NCBI GenBank assembly: GCA_964016885.1
Contig: OZ024747.1
Coordinates: 87,110,001 to 87,174,000, forward strand
Reading direction: 5' to 3'
Origin: Eledone cirrhosa
Taxonomy: Eukaryota
Length of the DNA: 64,000 bases
This document shows positions 26,245 to 39,546 of the stretch, in pieces (position 1 is the first letter of the stretch; each line of letters starts with the position of its first letter). Below the pieces are notes generated by a model, which searched no databases, was not told the origin of the DNA, and saw only the letters and a list, made by a program, of their open reading frames with translations. Made by a program: the position numbers and the translations under genes.

Positions 26245-26970
26245 GTAACTAGCATTTTCTAACATTTTCATTACCATGTTTCTAATAATAGATACTGCCT
26301 ATGATTTTCTGCAAATTTTGAAAATAATCAAGAATTTGGAGGGATTAAGACAGTTTTAGTGCATACCTTAACACATTTTCTTCCATAAATTTATGTGGGG
26401 AAGTTTAAATTTAAATATAAAAACTTTAAAATAAATGCCTTTCCATCATAGAACCAGGCTGGTTGGTTCTAAAAGGGTTTAATGAACATTTTATGGGAGT
26501 AATAATTTTACATTTAATTTTTTACTTTGTGGGAAGTTTTCATGTTTGTATATTTTGTACTGTGTATCCAGTGTCATAAAATGTGATTAAATAGGTTGGT
26601 GCTACAAACGGTATCAAGCTGTAAAACATGTCTCAAAAAGAATCCCATAGTGAGCATGAACACTGTCATGGAGTCCTACAAGTTAACCCTTGCTTTAACA
26701 GGAAAAATAGCCTTTAAAATGCTTGTTATTGTTTCAAATCTCAACATAGAATGATTGATTACAAAGCACTTAACCAGTCAGTTAAGCCATATATATGCAC
26801 TTAACTGATCTCACATACCTGGTACTGACTTCCTTATCCACCAATGCTTCCCACTTTATCCTGTAAGTTGCCCTGGACCTGTCAGCTTTGTGGGCTTCTT
26901 TGGCTGTATGTAGTCTTTATAAATTTCTCTTTCTGAACATTTTAAAAACTTGTTTTTGTTTTTTTTGCAG

Positions 26971-27222
26971 TTATGTGTCCCTTGTCATAAAGAATGTGAA
27001 ACTTGCCTTGGTGAAGGGATTTATAACTGCCTAGAATGTCGACACTTCCTGATGCATACACGTTGCACAAGCACATGTCCACAAACCTCTTATAGTGATA
27101 AAGAGAAGAAAGAATGTATTGAATGCCACAGTGAATGTCTGAATGGATGTCATGGTCCAACATCATCTCACTGTGTTGCCTGTCGCAACTTGAAGATTTA
27201 TTTAAACAACAACCAAACTGTA
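26971..27222 (+). CDS. EGFR: EGFR exon, extended Cys-rich region
   Basis: LCVPCHKECETC...CHSECLNGCHGPTSSHCVACRNLKIY; cag/gtaagt. Confidence 0.92.
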
Positions 27223-28377
27223 GTAAGTTGTTTTATTTCAGTGAACTAACTAGAATACTTGAGCAATATAGTTGATGTAGTCTACTTGTATAAATAAATG
27301 AAGGATTTAGAAATAATGAATTGATTAAATTAGAAATTATATTGAAATTGTGATAAAAATTGTACAGTATAATAGTGATAAGGAAATGAAAAAGAAAGGA
27401 TGACGAAACGAAAAACAAAGATTGAATTAAGCAATGAAAGAGGGAGAGAGCAACAGACTCTACACCCCCAATCTGTTTCATCTGCATCCTGCAGACAAAA
27501 TAGGGAAGATATTACCATGGAGAATGGTCAGTGACACCTACTGCAACAGTCACCCTACCTCAGGCAGGTTGCTGTCTTTAGAATTTTACAGAGGAAATCA
27601 GCAGTTAGGGGACCAAGGACACCTGAGGTCTTGAAAATGACTGGCACGAAGCTGTCAGTCAAGCCCCACTATTTAGTTATCTTTCTCTCCTACATCGCAG
27701 GCAGTTAGACCTGAGTTTGTGTCTGAGGTATCAAAGTTGGAGGAGGAGAACGAGTCCCACTCACATGGCATCCTAGATTAGTGAATTAACTCCCTTGAAT
27801 GGCAAAAGGATTTACCATTGCCATGGTTGAGACCAGCTGACTGTGTTGAAGCTCCTTCTGAATATGTTGTTCAGAGCAAATTGTCAAGGGAACCAGCTTG
27901 CGCTATGGCAGCAGGTTTTCTTACTGTGTCGTGATTTATAATTATTGTGAGGCTGGTAACTATTATAGAGGTATTCATTCCAACCTTGACACTACACTCA
28001 TTATTTCATACACTGGTATAAAATATCCTCTCATTTCAATTTACAAAATTAAAAAATCAGTCACTATTTATTTTATGTTTCACATTAAGAAGGACATCAA
28101 AGCATTCGACTTTAAAATAGTTTGTTCTAATAATTCACTTTCAAATAATCAAATTTGCTTTAATACCCAGTTCACCCTTTGAGAGCAAAAATACAATTTC
28201 TATTTGTTATATATATTTAATAGCAATTTTCTTTCAATTAACAAAGATTAAAAGTTTCTTTAATTGTTATGTATTTATTTATTTTTATTTTGTTTATTTT
28301 ATTTTAGTTATTTATTTTTGGTATGGAAATTTTGTATATGAAAGATTGATAAAATATGTTTTTTATATTTTCTGTAG

Positions 28378-28493
28378 TTTAACTGCACAGAAAACTGCCC
28401 AACATCTAAACCATATACTATATCAGATGAAGAAACAAGAAGTCGTGTTGTCTGTGTTAGTGATGCCCATCCTGTGATTGTTAGTAAAATGCA
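28378..28493 (+). CDS. EGFR: EGFR exon, extracellular juxtamembrane
   Basis: FNCTENCPTSKPY...VVCVSDAHPVIVSKM; tag/gtaagt. Confidence 0.85.
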
Positions 28494-31093
28494 GTAAGTT
28501 ATTTGCTAGTTATATCTTCTTACTGGATACATGACTATATATTTAAATACACACTTGCAAACAAACAAAGAAAACTCTCTATAAATGTTTTGTAGATTGG
28601 GAGGGTCATACTGTCAATCAAAACAAGTGCGCGGGTTGTTGTTTCACTTTAGCTTTATAAATTTGTTGATTAATTAACTGTTTATTTAATTGGTCATCAG
28701 TTTTATTTTGTCACAGCCTGTGACCTTCATCATCATCACTGTTTAATGTCCATTTTTCCATGCTAGCATGGGTTAGATGAGTTGTCCTGTTGTGAGAGAT
28801 GCCAGGTCAGGTGACTATGTCTTGCTCATTCAGAACTGATTTTGTTCTGTGAAAAGACACAACTACCACCGCTACTTCTACTACTACTACTATGACTACC
28901 TCTCTCTATATATAAGGTTCCATCTTAGACCCAGTTTTTGCATCAAGAAAGATGAACAGACCTCTTCAACACTTAATTTTAAATTTAAAATTTTTTTAAA
29001 TTCTAATATTCAACATTTGATAAGATGGTTCACACTGATACATTGAAACCGGTTATATTTTATATATTTTGTATACACTATAAAACTCCATTTTTTAAAA
29101 AGAATTGTTCCTCTCATTTTTTCAATAATTGTTTCTACTTTAGGCACAAGGCCAGCAATTACCCAGTGCATTACTGGTACTTTATTTTATCGACCCCTCA
29201 TTTTTTCAATAATGTCACTTTGACGAATCAAAGAAGAAAAAAAGAAAAACAGATCCTTAAATATATTTTCCGTGCTATTTCCAATTCCACTTTTTCTCTA
29301 TAACCCCTATTTTGTGTAGAACCTTACTCTTTTTTCAAATATATATATATACATACATATATACATACATATATATATATGTCTATAATACTAACAGATA
29401 TTTGCAATAGATATCTAAAGTTACAAAATAGTATGTATGTCTAGAGTAAACAAATCATCTAAATGTAAGACATCTTTGACACTGTTACTAATTGCACTGA
29501 TCTTTGATTAGATATGATACTGACAGAACAACTAACTCAAATAACTTGAATTCAAACATGTAACTGGTGTGCTATATTAATTTACTTCTTCTTTGCCCAC
29601 TTATTCCTGAGGGGATCTGGGGGGCAGAATCCTCAAACACTCCTTCCAGCAGGTCCTTTCAGAAGCACCCATTTCCAAATGATATGGTTGGATCCCCAAA
29701 CGAAACCAATTAAGCTCATGGATGTTATCCAACCATCATGCTCGGGGTCTATTTCTGGGTCTCCTGCCAGTTGGTTTTACCTGTAAAATATGTCCAGTGA
29801 TGATTCTTTCCTGAAACATTCTAACCACATGCCAGGGTATTAATTCAGAGAAGTAGCAGCTCTACCAGGAGTGACTGTCTGATCTCCAAGCTCTGCACTC
29901 TGTCGAGTAACATTACTCCAAAGAGCCTTCGAAGGAATCCCATTTCAGCCACATGTATTCATGATCATATAATTTTGGTGAAGACCATAGGTAATGGTTG
30001 GCTCCAATACCAAATTGAAGATAGTGAGTTTGGCTTTTACACCTAGCTCCCTGCTTCTAATTACCAAATTTTGAAGCTGGCACATTGCTGCACCAGCTCC
30101 TGCAATTCTTGCACTTAATTCAGCCTCCTCATTATTATTAATTTATTGTCATATTAATTGGATGGTAAATTGGAAGAGTCATTAAAACATCAATAAAATC
30201 TCTTACAGTATTTATCCTGGTTCTCTGCACACCAATTTCAAATCTTACCATTTCATCATTTTAGGAATAATAATAATAATAAAATGCTAGTCTAGATTAG
30301 TGGTTTGACAGAATTGTAAGTATCTGACAATATGGCTTGCAGCATTTGTTGTGGCTTTTGCATTCTGACTTCAAACACTCCTTCCAGAGGGTCCTGTCAG
30401 AAGTAACTGTCTCCAACTGATCCAGCTGGATCCCCAAGTGAGACCAGCTAAGCTCATAGATGTTATCCAACCACCTTGCTCAAGGTCTATCCCTGGGTCG
30501 CCTGCCAGTTGGTTTTGCCCCTAAAATCTGTCCAGCAATTGTTTCCTAAGACATTCTAACCACATGTCCATAGTATCAGAGCTGTGATCTCTCAATTCAG
30601 AGAAGTAGTGGTTCTACCTGGAGTGACTCTCTGATCTCTGAGTAACACACTCTATTGAGTAATGTTACTCCAAAGACCCTTCGGCTACTGTTTATGAATC
30701 TTCAGTAAATTCACAGAACTACTGTATAGCCCTATACATCTAAAGGATGCAAGAAAATTTCATATTATTCTCCTATTAACCATTTATATGCTATATTAAT
30801 CTGCTGAATGAGTGGTAAAGTGTTGTAAAATGGCAGATAGTCATGGCAAAATTCATTACTTTGCAGTTGGGAAAGATATTTATTTGTGAAATCTGATCCC
30901 TTTCATTAGCAATTGATACTTTGAAAGATATTCAATAATGAAATGTAAGTTCCTTATATAGTGAACCTTCTACCAAACAAAATAAAACAAAAATGTATGA
31001 GAAATTTAAATGAATGATTTTGGTATATTATTTTTTTTCTATTTGTCTTAATCATTTTAAATGAACAAAATGTCACTTTCTTTTTATTTCCAG

Positions 31094-31256
31094 AGAAAAA
31101 GAGAAAAGAGTCATCATCATCACTGTTGCAGTGTGTACAGCAATTTTCATTGTTGTATTTATTGGCATTGTAATCTACTGCCTCTGTAAGAGATCTCGAG
31201 AAATTGAGACTGTAAATAAATTAAATGCTGCAATGATGGGTTATGATGAAAATGAG
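31094..31256 (+). CDS. EGFR: EGFR exon, transmembrane helix
   Basis: KRVIIITVAVCTAIFIVVFIGIVIYCLCKRSRE...GYDENE; cag/gtgaat. Confidence 0.9.
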
Positions 31257-31816
31257 GTGAATATTTTGATATTTCACTTGATTGTAGGAAAATTTTAAAT
31301 TTACTAAGCTCCAGGAGTGTAGCAACTGGGGTGAAAGTATATATGGAGGGGTACAACATTTTCTCTGGGTTAACATGCTTATTAAACATCAAAAGTTGTC
31401 TTTGTCCCAGGCACAGAGAGAGGGCTTTTGCTACATCATTACCAAGTGCTATTTCATCAAATTCTAGTCCTTTGTTGTGGTTTTTAGTTTGTTGTTAATA
31501 AAACAAAATATAACCCTAGCAATGATTGAATAACTTTGCTAGAATAATGAGAAACTTGTTGTTACATGATAGTATTGTCCTTTGACCCTATATCATTTAC
31601 ATATTTACCATTGTATTTTCACAGTAAAGGCTTTATCTTATATAATATCGAATCTACAATATTTTAATATTATTTATTTTGAGAACAATACCTTAACATA
31701 AGTATGAGCAGCCAGTTACAACAGGTTTGAACAGAAAGAGTTGAGAGAATTCTGGCTGGATATTGCTGGTTCAAATGCTAAAGCGTTTAGTCTTATACAT
31801 TTTCTTGAATTTAATC

Positions 31817-34015
31817 TACGACAGTAAAGAAGAACAGATAGAGACATTTAACGTAGAAGAGAACTGGGAGTTCCTAAAAAATAACTTACTAGAGGCGACG
31901 GATGAGGTTTGTGGCTGGAGTAAGACCTCAAGCAGGAGGAGAGTGACTTGGTGGTGGAACAATAAGGTAGATGAAGCAGTCAAGGCCAAGAGACAGGCAT
32001 GGAAAGAATGGAAGAACGGGGGGAGCAGGGTACATTACATAGAGACCAAGAGGGAAGCTAGGCGACAAGTATACTTAGCTAGGAGGGAAGCAGAGGATAG
32101 AAAATTCAAGCATGTTTTACAACGTGAGGACCAGAAACAGGAGGTATTCAAGATTGCGAGGCAGTGTGTCAGAGATAGTTGTGATGTCATTGGAGAGAAG
32201 TGTATCCGGAATGATAAAGGTGAGCTTGCCCTCACAAGTGCTGAGAAGAAAGATGCATGGAAGAGTCATTATGATAGATTACTAAATGAGGAGAATGCAT
32301 GGGAAGAAGAGACCCTACCCCACGTAGACCCTATAGAGGGACCAGCAGTACAAGTCAGCGGCAGCGTAGTAAGTAAGGCAATCAGAGATATGAAGATAGG
32401 GAAGGCAACCGGTCCATCGGGTATAGCTGCCGAGATGCTGAAGGCATCTGGGTCTGTAGGTCACACTATAACCACACGTATCGTTAACCAGGTAATACTA
32501 GAGGGGGCCATACCAAAAGATTGGTGCAGTAGCATCATTGTCAACTGCTACAAAGGTAAAGGCGATGCACTAGATAGAGGAAACTATAGAGGTATAAAGT
32601 TGATGGACCAGGTCATGAAAGTAACAGAAAGAGTTATAGCACAGCTGATTAGGGACCGGGTGAATATAGACGAGATGCAATTTGGGTTTGTTCCAGGGAA
32701 AGGCACCACTGATGCGCTCTTCCTTGTGAGGCAATTACAGGAAAAGTACCTAGCTAAAAGTAAGCCACTCTACTTGGCATTTGTCGACCTTGAGAAAGCC
32801 TTTGACAGAGTTCCACGTGCAGTAATCTGGTGGGCTCTTAGAAAACTAGGAGTAGATGAATGGCTTGTGAAAGCGGTACAAGCCATGTATAGGGGAGCAG
32901 TCAGCAAAGTTAGGATTGGCAATGAGTATAGCGAGGAATTTAGCGTACAGGTTGGGGTCCACCAGGGCTCTGTTCTTAGCCCTCTCCTGTTCATCATAGT
33001 CCTGCAGGCAATAACGGAGGAGTTTAAGACCGGATGCCCATGGGAACTCCTGTATGCTGATGACCTCGCACTCATAGCTGAATCTATGGTAGAACTAGAG
33101 AATAAATTCCAAACCTGGAAGCAGGGACTAGAGAGAAAGGGCCTCAAAGTCAACATGACAAAGACTAAGGTCCTTATAAGTAGACGAGAAAACAGAACCC
33201 AGATCCCCTCAGGGAAATGGCCTTGCTCAGTATGTAGGAAAGGTGTAGGTAGGAACTCCATTCTTTGCCCCAAATGCAAACAATGGGTACACAAGAGATG
33301 TAGCGGGATCTCAGGAAGCTTAATTAAGAATGTAGGATTCACATGCAGCAGCTGTGCTGAAACAGCAAGCAAACAGCCACAGGAAACAAGTACCACCAAT
33401 CTCTGGGAGGGCCCTGTAGAAACAGTAGACAGCTTCTGCTACCTAGGTGACCGAATTAGCAACGGAGGTGGGTGCTCAGAAAGTACAATAACTAGGGTAA
33501 GAACGGGATGGAAGAAGTTTAGGGAACTACTACCACTGCTAGCTGCAAAAGGCTTCTCCCTCAGAATGAAAGGCAGACTGTATGATGCGTGTATCCGAAC
33601 AGCGATGTTGCATGGTAGTGAGACCTGGGCGCTGAAGGTGGAAGACTTACGTAGATTAGAGAGAAACGAAGCCTGCATGCTCCGATGGATGTGTAACAGT
33701 AATATACGTGAACGACAAAGCATAAATGAATTGAGAGAGAGACTGAGCATAAGAGGAATCAAATGCTGCGTGCAGGAGAGGCGGTTACGCTGGTATGGAC
33801 ATGTGATGCGTATGAAGGATGACAGCTGCATAAAAAGGTGCAGAGCACTAGAAGTTGATGGAAACCGCGGAGTGGGGAGACCCAAGATGACTTGGGATGA
33901 GGTGATAAAAGCCGACCTTACCCAACTACACCTCTCAAAGTCAATGACACACGACCGTGACTTCTGGCGTCACGCAGTAATACAGGGTACCCGACCTCCC
34001 ATGGGTACATGCTGA
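31817..34015 (+). CDS. RTE reverse transcriptase (N-terminally truncated) with PHD-like finger insertion
   Basis: QFGFVPGKGTTDA, FVDLEKAFDRV, GVHQGSVLSPLLF, LYADD; CSVC..CPKC.QWVHKRC..CSSC. Confidence 0.9.
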   Translation, partial: YDSKEEQIETFNVEENWEFLKNNLLEATDEVCGWSKTSSRRRVTWWWNNKVDEAVKAKRQAWKEWKNGGSRVHYIETKREARRQVYLARREAEDRKFKHVLQREDQKQEVFKIARQCVRDSCDVIGEKCIRNDKGELALTSAEKKDAWKSHYDRLLNEENAWEEETLPHVDPIEGPAVQVSGSVVSKAIRDMKIGKATGPSGIAAEMLKASGSVGHTITTRIVNQVILEGAIPKDWCSSIIVNCYKGKGDALDRGNYRGIKLMDQVMKVTERVIAQLIRDRVNIDEMQFGFVPGKGTTDALFLVRQLQEKYLAKSKPLYLAFVDLEKAFDRVPRAVIWWALRKLGVDEWLVKAVQAMYRGAVSKVRIGNEYSEEFSVQVGVHQGSVLSPLLFIIVLQAITEEFKTGCPWELLYADDLALIAESMVELENKFQTWKQGLERKGLKVNMTKTKVLISRRENRTQIPSGKWPCSVCRKGVGRNSILCPKCKQWVHKRCSGISGSLIKNVGFTCSSCAETASKQPQETSTTNLWEGPVETVDSFCYLGDRISNGGGCSESTITRVRTGWKKFRELLPLLAAKGFSLRMKGRLYDACIRTAMLHGSETWALKVEDLRRLERNEACMLRWMCNSNIRERQSINELRERLSIRGIKCCVQERRLRWYGHVMRMKDDSCIKRCRALEVDGNRGVGRPKMTWDEVIKADLTQLHLSKSMTHDRDFWRHAVIQGTRPPMGTC

Positions 34016-34316
34016 AGCATATAAACAATATGCCCCCCCCCCCCCCCACCGCAAGGTGGTCGTGGAGGTGCCACGGCAAAAAAGCACCCAGCCCACACTG
34101 TAAAGTGGACGTGTAGGCGCCACGAAAAAGCACCCAGCACTCACTGTAAATGAGGTTGGTGTTAGGAAGGGCATCCAGCTGTAGAAATCAAGCCAGATCA
34201 GTTCCTGTATGAGCAAGGCATGGTCAGCCGACCAGACACTGCCCACAACAGGACAACCCGTCTAACCCATGCTAGCGTGGAAGAACGGACGTAAAACGGT
34301 GATGATGATGATGATG
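31817..34316 (+). mobile_element. Young 5'-truncated RTE-clade LINE with (GAT)n tail
   Basis: Uninterrupted RT ORF, 3' UTR shared with many fragments in the window, ends gatgatgatgatg. Confidence 0.92.
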
Positions 34317-34600
34317 AATCATCATTGCTATGAACTTGTAATGTATTAGTTTGTTTACTACTTCTTATTGTGCTGTGGCTTGATAAAGGTGAATGTTATA
34401 TATTATACTCATAAAATATGGAAGCATAAGATGACATCAGAAAGGGCATCTGACTATAGAAAAACTGCTCTAAAAGTCTTGCCCAACCCATGATTATGGT
34501 ATCTTATACATAATTGCCTCCTTGTGTGAATAGTTATCTATCAAATTATTAACTCCTTGTCTAAAAATATATCTATAATTTTGTTTCCCAAATATTTCAG

Positions 34601-34714
34601 CCTCTCAATCCAACTGATATAAAACCAAATTTGGCTCAACTTCGATTAATCAAAGAGTCCGAACTTAGAAAAGGTGGAATAATTGGATCTGGAGCTTTTG
34701 GAACTGTCTATAAG
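34601..34714 (+). CDS. EGFR: EGFR exon, juxtamembrane + kinase P-loop
   Basis: PLNPTDIKPNLAQLRLIKESELRKGGIIGSGAFGTVYK. Confidence 0.95.
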
Positions 34715-35936
34715 GTAATTTATGAAAAAGAAATCGTACATTGAAGACTACACTGATTTATATTGTTTCTAGAGCAAAATATATAAAAAATATAATGAAT
34801 GATATGCACATGCTTGTGTGTTTACAGTGGAACCTTTGCTAATGAACATCTGTGGTAAGGAAAATCATAACATGTCATTTCCATTAAAAAATTTAAAAAA
34901 TTAACAAATTAAAAACTAAACTTATGAAAGCTCATTTGGATTCATGTAAATTCTCTGCATATGGTATTGGTTTGATGAATCTCTATACCTGAGCAGACTA
35001 TATTGGTCTGTCTTAAAAAGAAAAATGATGAATTTGATAATGAAGTTCTTGAAAGCTTTTGTTTGAAAAAAAGATTGTATGATTATAGTTGGAATTCTTT
35101 TCATCATATGTCTTCTTAACACTTTAGTATTTACATTACTCTATTTTTACTATTGTATTTTCACAGTAAAGGTTTTATCTTACATAATATCTCACATAAT
35201 ATTGAATCTATGAGATTTTGGTATTATCTATTTTGAGAACAATACCTTAACCTAAGCATGAGTGGCTAGTTACAGCTAGTTTGAACAGAAAGAGGTGAGA
35301 GAATTCTGGCTGGATATGGCCGGTTTAAATGCTAAAGGGTTAATCAGAGTTGTTCTGTGGTTAATAAAGAAAAGTAACCAATCATCAGAGTGGATTAAAG
35401 TAGCTATGCTTCCATTGGTCTTTCCATTGCTGATGCTATCTGAAGGTTACAACACCTAATAAAAGCATCACTGCTTTTCTGGTGACAGGAGGTGGGGCAT
35501 GAACTCAGAGCACACAGTCAAAAGTGATATTGTGAAGTATCCCATTCAACTCATTAACTACACTGCCAATCCACCCATTTTGGACTGGTACATTTTTTAT
35601 TAACCCCAAAAGATTGCAAAATAAAGTTGACTTATGTGGTATTTCAATACAGATTGCAAACTGACATCCTGATGAGTTTGCCATAATATAGCATAACATA
35701 ATATATTAGATATTGCATTTGTTGAATAAATTCTTATAATTTCCTGAATCATTTTAAGAATTAGTGACTATTATGAAATTTAGTGGGTTTCAAATATAAC
35801 TTATTTTTATTCAACAAGCAAAGTAAATTAGTAAAAAATAGTCAAAAGAAAATAAAAGTAGGAGATAAGATATATTGTTCATTTTATGTATTTATCTAGT
35901 AGCTAAATTTATTTTATTATTCTTGATTTCTTTAAG

Positions 35937-36221
35937 GGATTTTGGATTCCTGATGGCGAAAATGTGAAGATTCCTGTTGCAATCAAAGTGCTTCAAGAAG
36001 GAACATCTCCTAGCCAGAATAAGGAACTGTTAGAAGAAGCTAGAGTCATGTGTTCAGTTGACCAACAATGTTGCATCAGGATTTTAGCTGTGTGTATGAC
36101 TGCTCAGATGATGTTGATTACACCTCTCATGCCACTTGGATGTCTGCTGGATTATATCCATAAAAACAAGAAAGCAATTGGTTCTAAAGTACTACTCAAT
36201 TGGTGTACACAAATTGCTAAG
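35937..36221 (+). CDS. EGFR: EGFR exon, kinase N-lobe
   Basis: GFWIPDGENVKIPVAIKVL...LLNWCTQIAK. Confidence 0.95.
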
Positions 36222-37531
36222 GTAAGATTTTATATCTTAGAATTTTATAGAAACATTGATTCTAGATAACTTTCTTTAGTTGTAAGAGTACTAATACTTC
36301 CTTTCTGTATAATAGGGTAAACACGTAAAAAGCCCTTAACTTCTGATGATGTTGTATAGGGCTCCATCCTGAAACACAGCATGTCTTGAGCATTTAAAAC
36401 CTTGCAGAGCCCATCCCCCTCTAAGATGGAACATAGCCAATTTTTTTCATAGAAAGAAACTGATAAAAATACGGAGAAGAATCAGCCTGATTATCGGACA
36501 ACTACTTTATTTGTCAATCTTGAAATGATAAAAGGCTATCTTGACTATGGTGGGATTTGCAGTGGGCCAGAACAAATACTTAGGCATTTTAAATCTGACA
36601 GCCAAGCAGCTTTGCCAATTCGGCACCTTCATAGTACATGCAATTATTATAATTGTTTCTACTTTTGGCACAAGGCCAGCAATTACCCAGTGCATTACTG
36701 GTACTTTATTTTATTGACCCTGTAAGGATGAAAGGCAAAGTTAACCTCGGCGGGATTTGAACTCAGAATGGCAAGGGCTGTAACATGCAATTATTATAAT
36801 GATAATTGAAAATATTAGCAAATATTTGTATATTTATTTCAAATATTTCAAATTTGTCATAACTGCTTATATGATGTTATTTAAACATCATTGTTATTAC
36901 AACTATTTCTCCATGTTTGCATGGGTTAGTCCTCTCAAGTAATGCTTCACTTCACTTGTTTTTTTCTTTTGTCATACCTTTTGTGAAGTTCAGTTTCTTG
37001 AAATCAGCTCTCCCCACCTCTGCCTGTCTTTGTTGGTTTTCCATTTCCCTGGCTTCTTTCCATTTGGAACCCCAGCTCTTCTTCACCCAGGGATCGTCAT
37101 CTATATACATTACATGTTTGCACCAGTGCTATCATCTCTCTTGCATGCAACATAAGATTCCTCTTATACTCAGTTTTTCTTTCAGCTTATCTGCTTGATT
37201 CATTTCTCTCCTGCCTTCTGTATTTACTGTTTATGTCTCACTGCCATGCAACAACACACTTCTCATGCAACTCCTGGCTACACCTCTGTTGCCAGTAGCA
37301 GCTCCATGAACTTTTTCAACCCTGTCCTTATTTTAGCTACTATGCATTCTGAACAACCTCCTCCTCTACAAATCAGGTTGCCTAGGTAATGAAGCTATCA
37401 ACTAATTCTATGAAACATTCAATATATGCTTTCTGGTATAAATGAAATTACTAAAATCTCTATTTTGGAGTATTAATAACAAATTTGATGTCTATTGTAT
37501 TGGCTATTGATTATTGTACTGTTTGTTTCAG

Positions 37532-37595
37532 GGTATGGCTTATTTAGAGGCCAGAGCCATTGTCCACAGAGATTTAGCAGCAAGAAATGTTTTAT
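37532..37595 (+). CDS. EGFR: EGFR exon, catalytic loop
   Basis: GMAYLEARAIVHRDLAARNVL. Confidence 0.95.
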
Positions 37596-38539
37596 GTAAG
37601 TATTGTTGCCAGTTTTGAATTCTAAAATATTGTTTAACTGATATTATATGTCATTGTAGAAATATTTAGTATAATTTATTAGGACATAGTCGGTTGTGTT
37701 ATAGATGGAATAAGACATGTTTTGTTTCTTCAACAAACTGTAATGAAGATATGATTGGGGATTATATATATGTATGGAAAATCATATGGATGTGTGTTTG
37801 TATGTGTATTTACAATCATAACACATTTAACAACTGGTTCTTTTTGTTTAGGTCCTGTAACTATCATTAAACTTAAACGTACACAACACTCACTCACATA
37901 CACACAAACATACATATATATATAGACATAATATATGCACGCTTGTATATATATATTCATATACAGTAGTGGACTGGCTGCCTGGTCATCTCACTACTGT
38001 GCACAGCATTAATATGACCTGTGTTATCCTGTATACACAATTAATGTTAAACTTTGTTGTGCTTTTCATAGTTTTTGGCAGTGAGTTTTTCTGGCTGGAT
38101 GCCCATCCTATCACCAACTGCTTTACAGCATGGACTGGGTGCATTGTTCATGCCACCAGCACTAGAGAGACCTCTCCACTCTATATCAACTTTTATTCGG
38201 AGTGACTACTCTCCTAGATGGGTTGCCTTCAATATGGCTTACAGAGTCCCCGTCTGTCCAATGCAGTCATTGTTATTCAGAGTCTCTGCCCTCCTAGACA
38301 GGTTGCCTACACTATGGTTTATGGAGTCCACATTTTCCTTGTACAGTTAATTTTAATTTGGAGTCACTGCAAGGACACTTTAAAACATTATAGATATAAC
38401 TTACACAACCTTTAGAACTAGTTTGTCAGATTGTAGCATTTGTATGGCAAGCAGATATAAAAGTGAGTTGGCTTATTTATACATAGATATATTATATAAA
38501 ATATTTTCAATATATTACTTCTTTTTTCTTGTGTTTCAG

Positions 38540-38631
38540 TGCAAACTCCTAACCAAGTAAGAATCACAGATTTTGGTTTAGCCAAGTTACTTGACTATAA
38601 TGAGGAAGAATATATTGCTGCTGGTGGCAAA
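38540..38631 (+). CDS. EGFR: EGFR exon, activation loop
   Basis: [30 protein letters not shown]. Confidence 0.95.
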
Positions 38632-38879
38632 GTGAGTCTAAACATATCATTTATTGATCTATCTAATTACATATCCTTTCCTTCATTAAATACTTCTGTT
38701 TCTTGCTCACACACACACACACACACATTTATATATATCATCATCATCACCATTTTTCCATGCTAGCATGGGCTAGACGGGTTGTCCTGTTTGAGACAAG
38801 TTGGGTCAGGTGACAATGTATTGCTCACACAGAACTGTTTCTGCCTTGGTTTCTACAGCTGGATGCCCTTCCTAATGCC

Positions 38880-39430
38880 AACCACATTTACAGGTGCTTT
38901 TTGTCATGATATTTACACGACACTTTACAGTGAGTACTGAGTGCTTTTTTGCCGTGACACCTACACAACCACTTTACAGTGTGTGCTGGGTGCTTTTTGT
39001 CATGACGCCTACACAACCACTTTACAGTGTGGGCTGGGTGCTTATTGTCATGACACCTACACAACCACTTTACAGTATAGGATGGGTGCTTTTTGTCATG
39101 ACGCCTACACAACCACTTTACAGTGTGGGCTGGGTGCTTATTGTCATGACACCTACACAACCACTTTACAGTATAGGATGGGTGCTTTTTTGTCATGACA
39201 CCTACACAACCACTTTATTTACAGTGTGAGCTGGGTATTTTTTGCCGTAACACCTGCACAACCACTGAACAGTGTGTGCTGGGTGCTTTTTGTCGTGACC
39301 CCTACACAACCACTTTACAGTGTGGGCTGGGTGCTTTTTGTTGTGACACCTACACAACCACTTTACAGTGTAGGATGGGTGCTTTTTGTCGTGACATCTG
39401 CACAACCACTTTACTGTGTGGGCTGGGTGT
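38880..39430 (-). repeat. Tandem array (~11 units of ~48 bp) derived from the RTE 3' UTR
   Basis: Unit gggtgctttttgtcatgacacctacacaaccactttacagtgtgggct; the same motif occurs in about 2 copies in the RTE 3' UTR at 34050-34150. Confidence 0.9.
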
Positions 39431-39546
39431 TTTAAAATGGCTTTAAAATGTTTGCTGCTGAATTCAATTATGTTTTACAGCAATATTAGACTTGAATGGC
39501 TTTTCTTAGAAAGAATAGCACTAATAATGTTCTCTTTCTTTTCCAG

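Noticed and set aside
27490-27935. GC-richer island in an EGFR intron
   Set aside because: Probably an old TE fragment, but I could not recognise any motif or boundary.
31763-31816. N-terminus of the 750-aa ORF
   Set aside because: Comes from the flanking MITE and intron; the RTE is 5'-truncated and lacks its endonuclease, so it is not an autonomous gene.
38880-39430. Regular repeat array resembling CRISPR
   Set aside because: No unique spacers, eukaryotic intron, no cas genes; the unit derives from the RTE 3' UTR.
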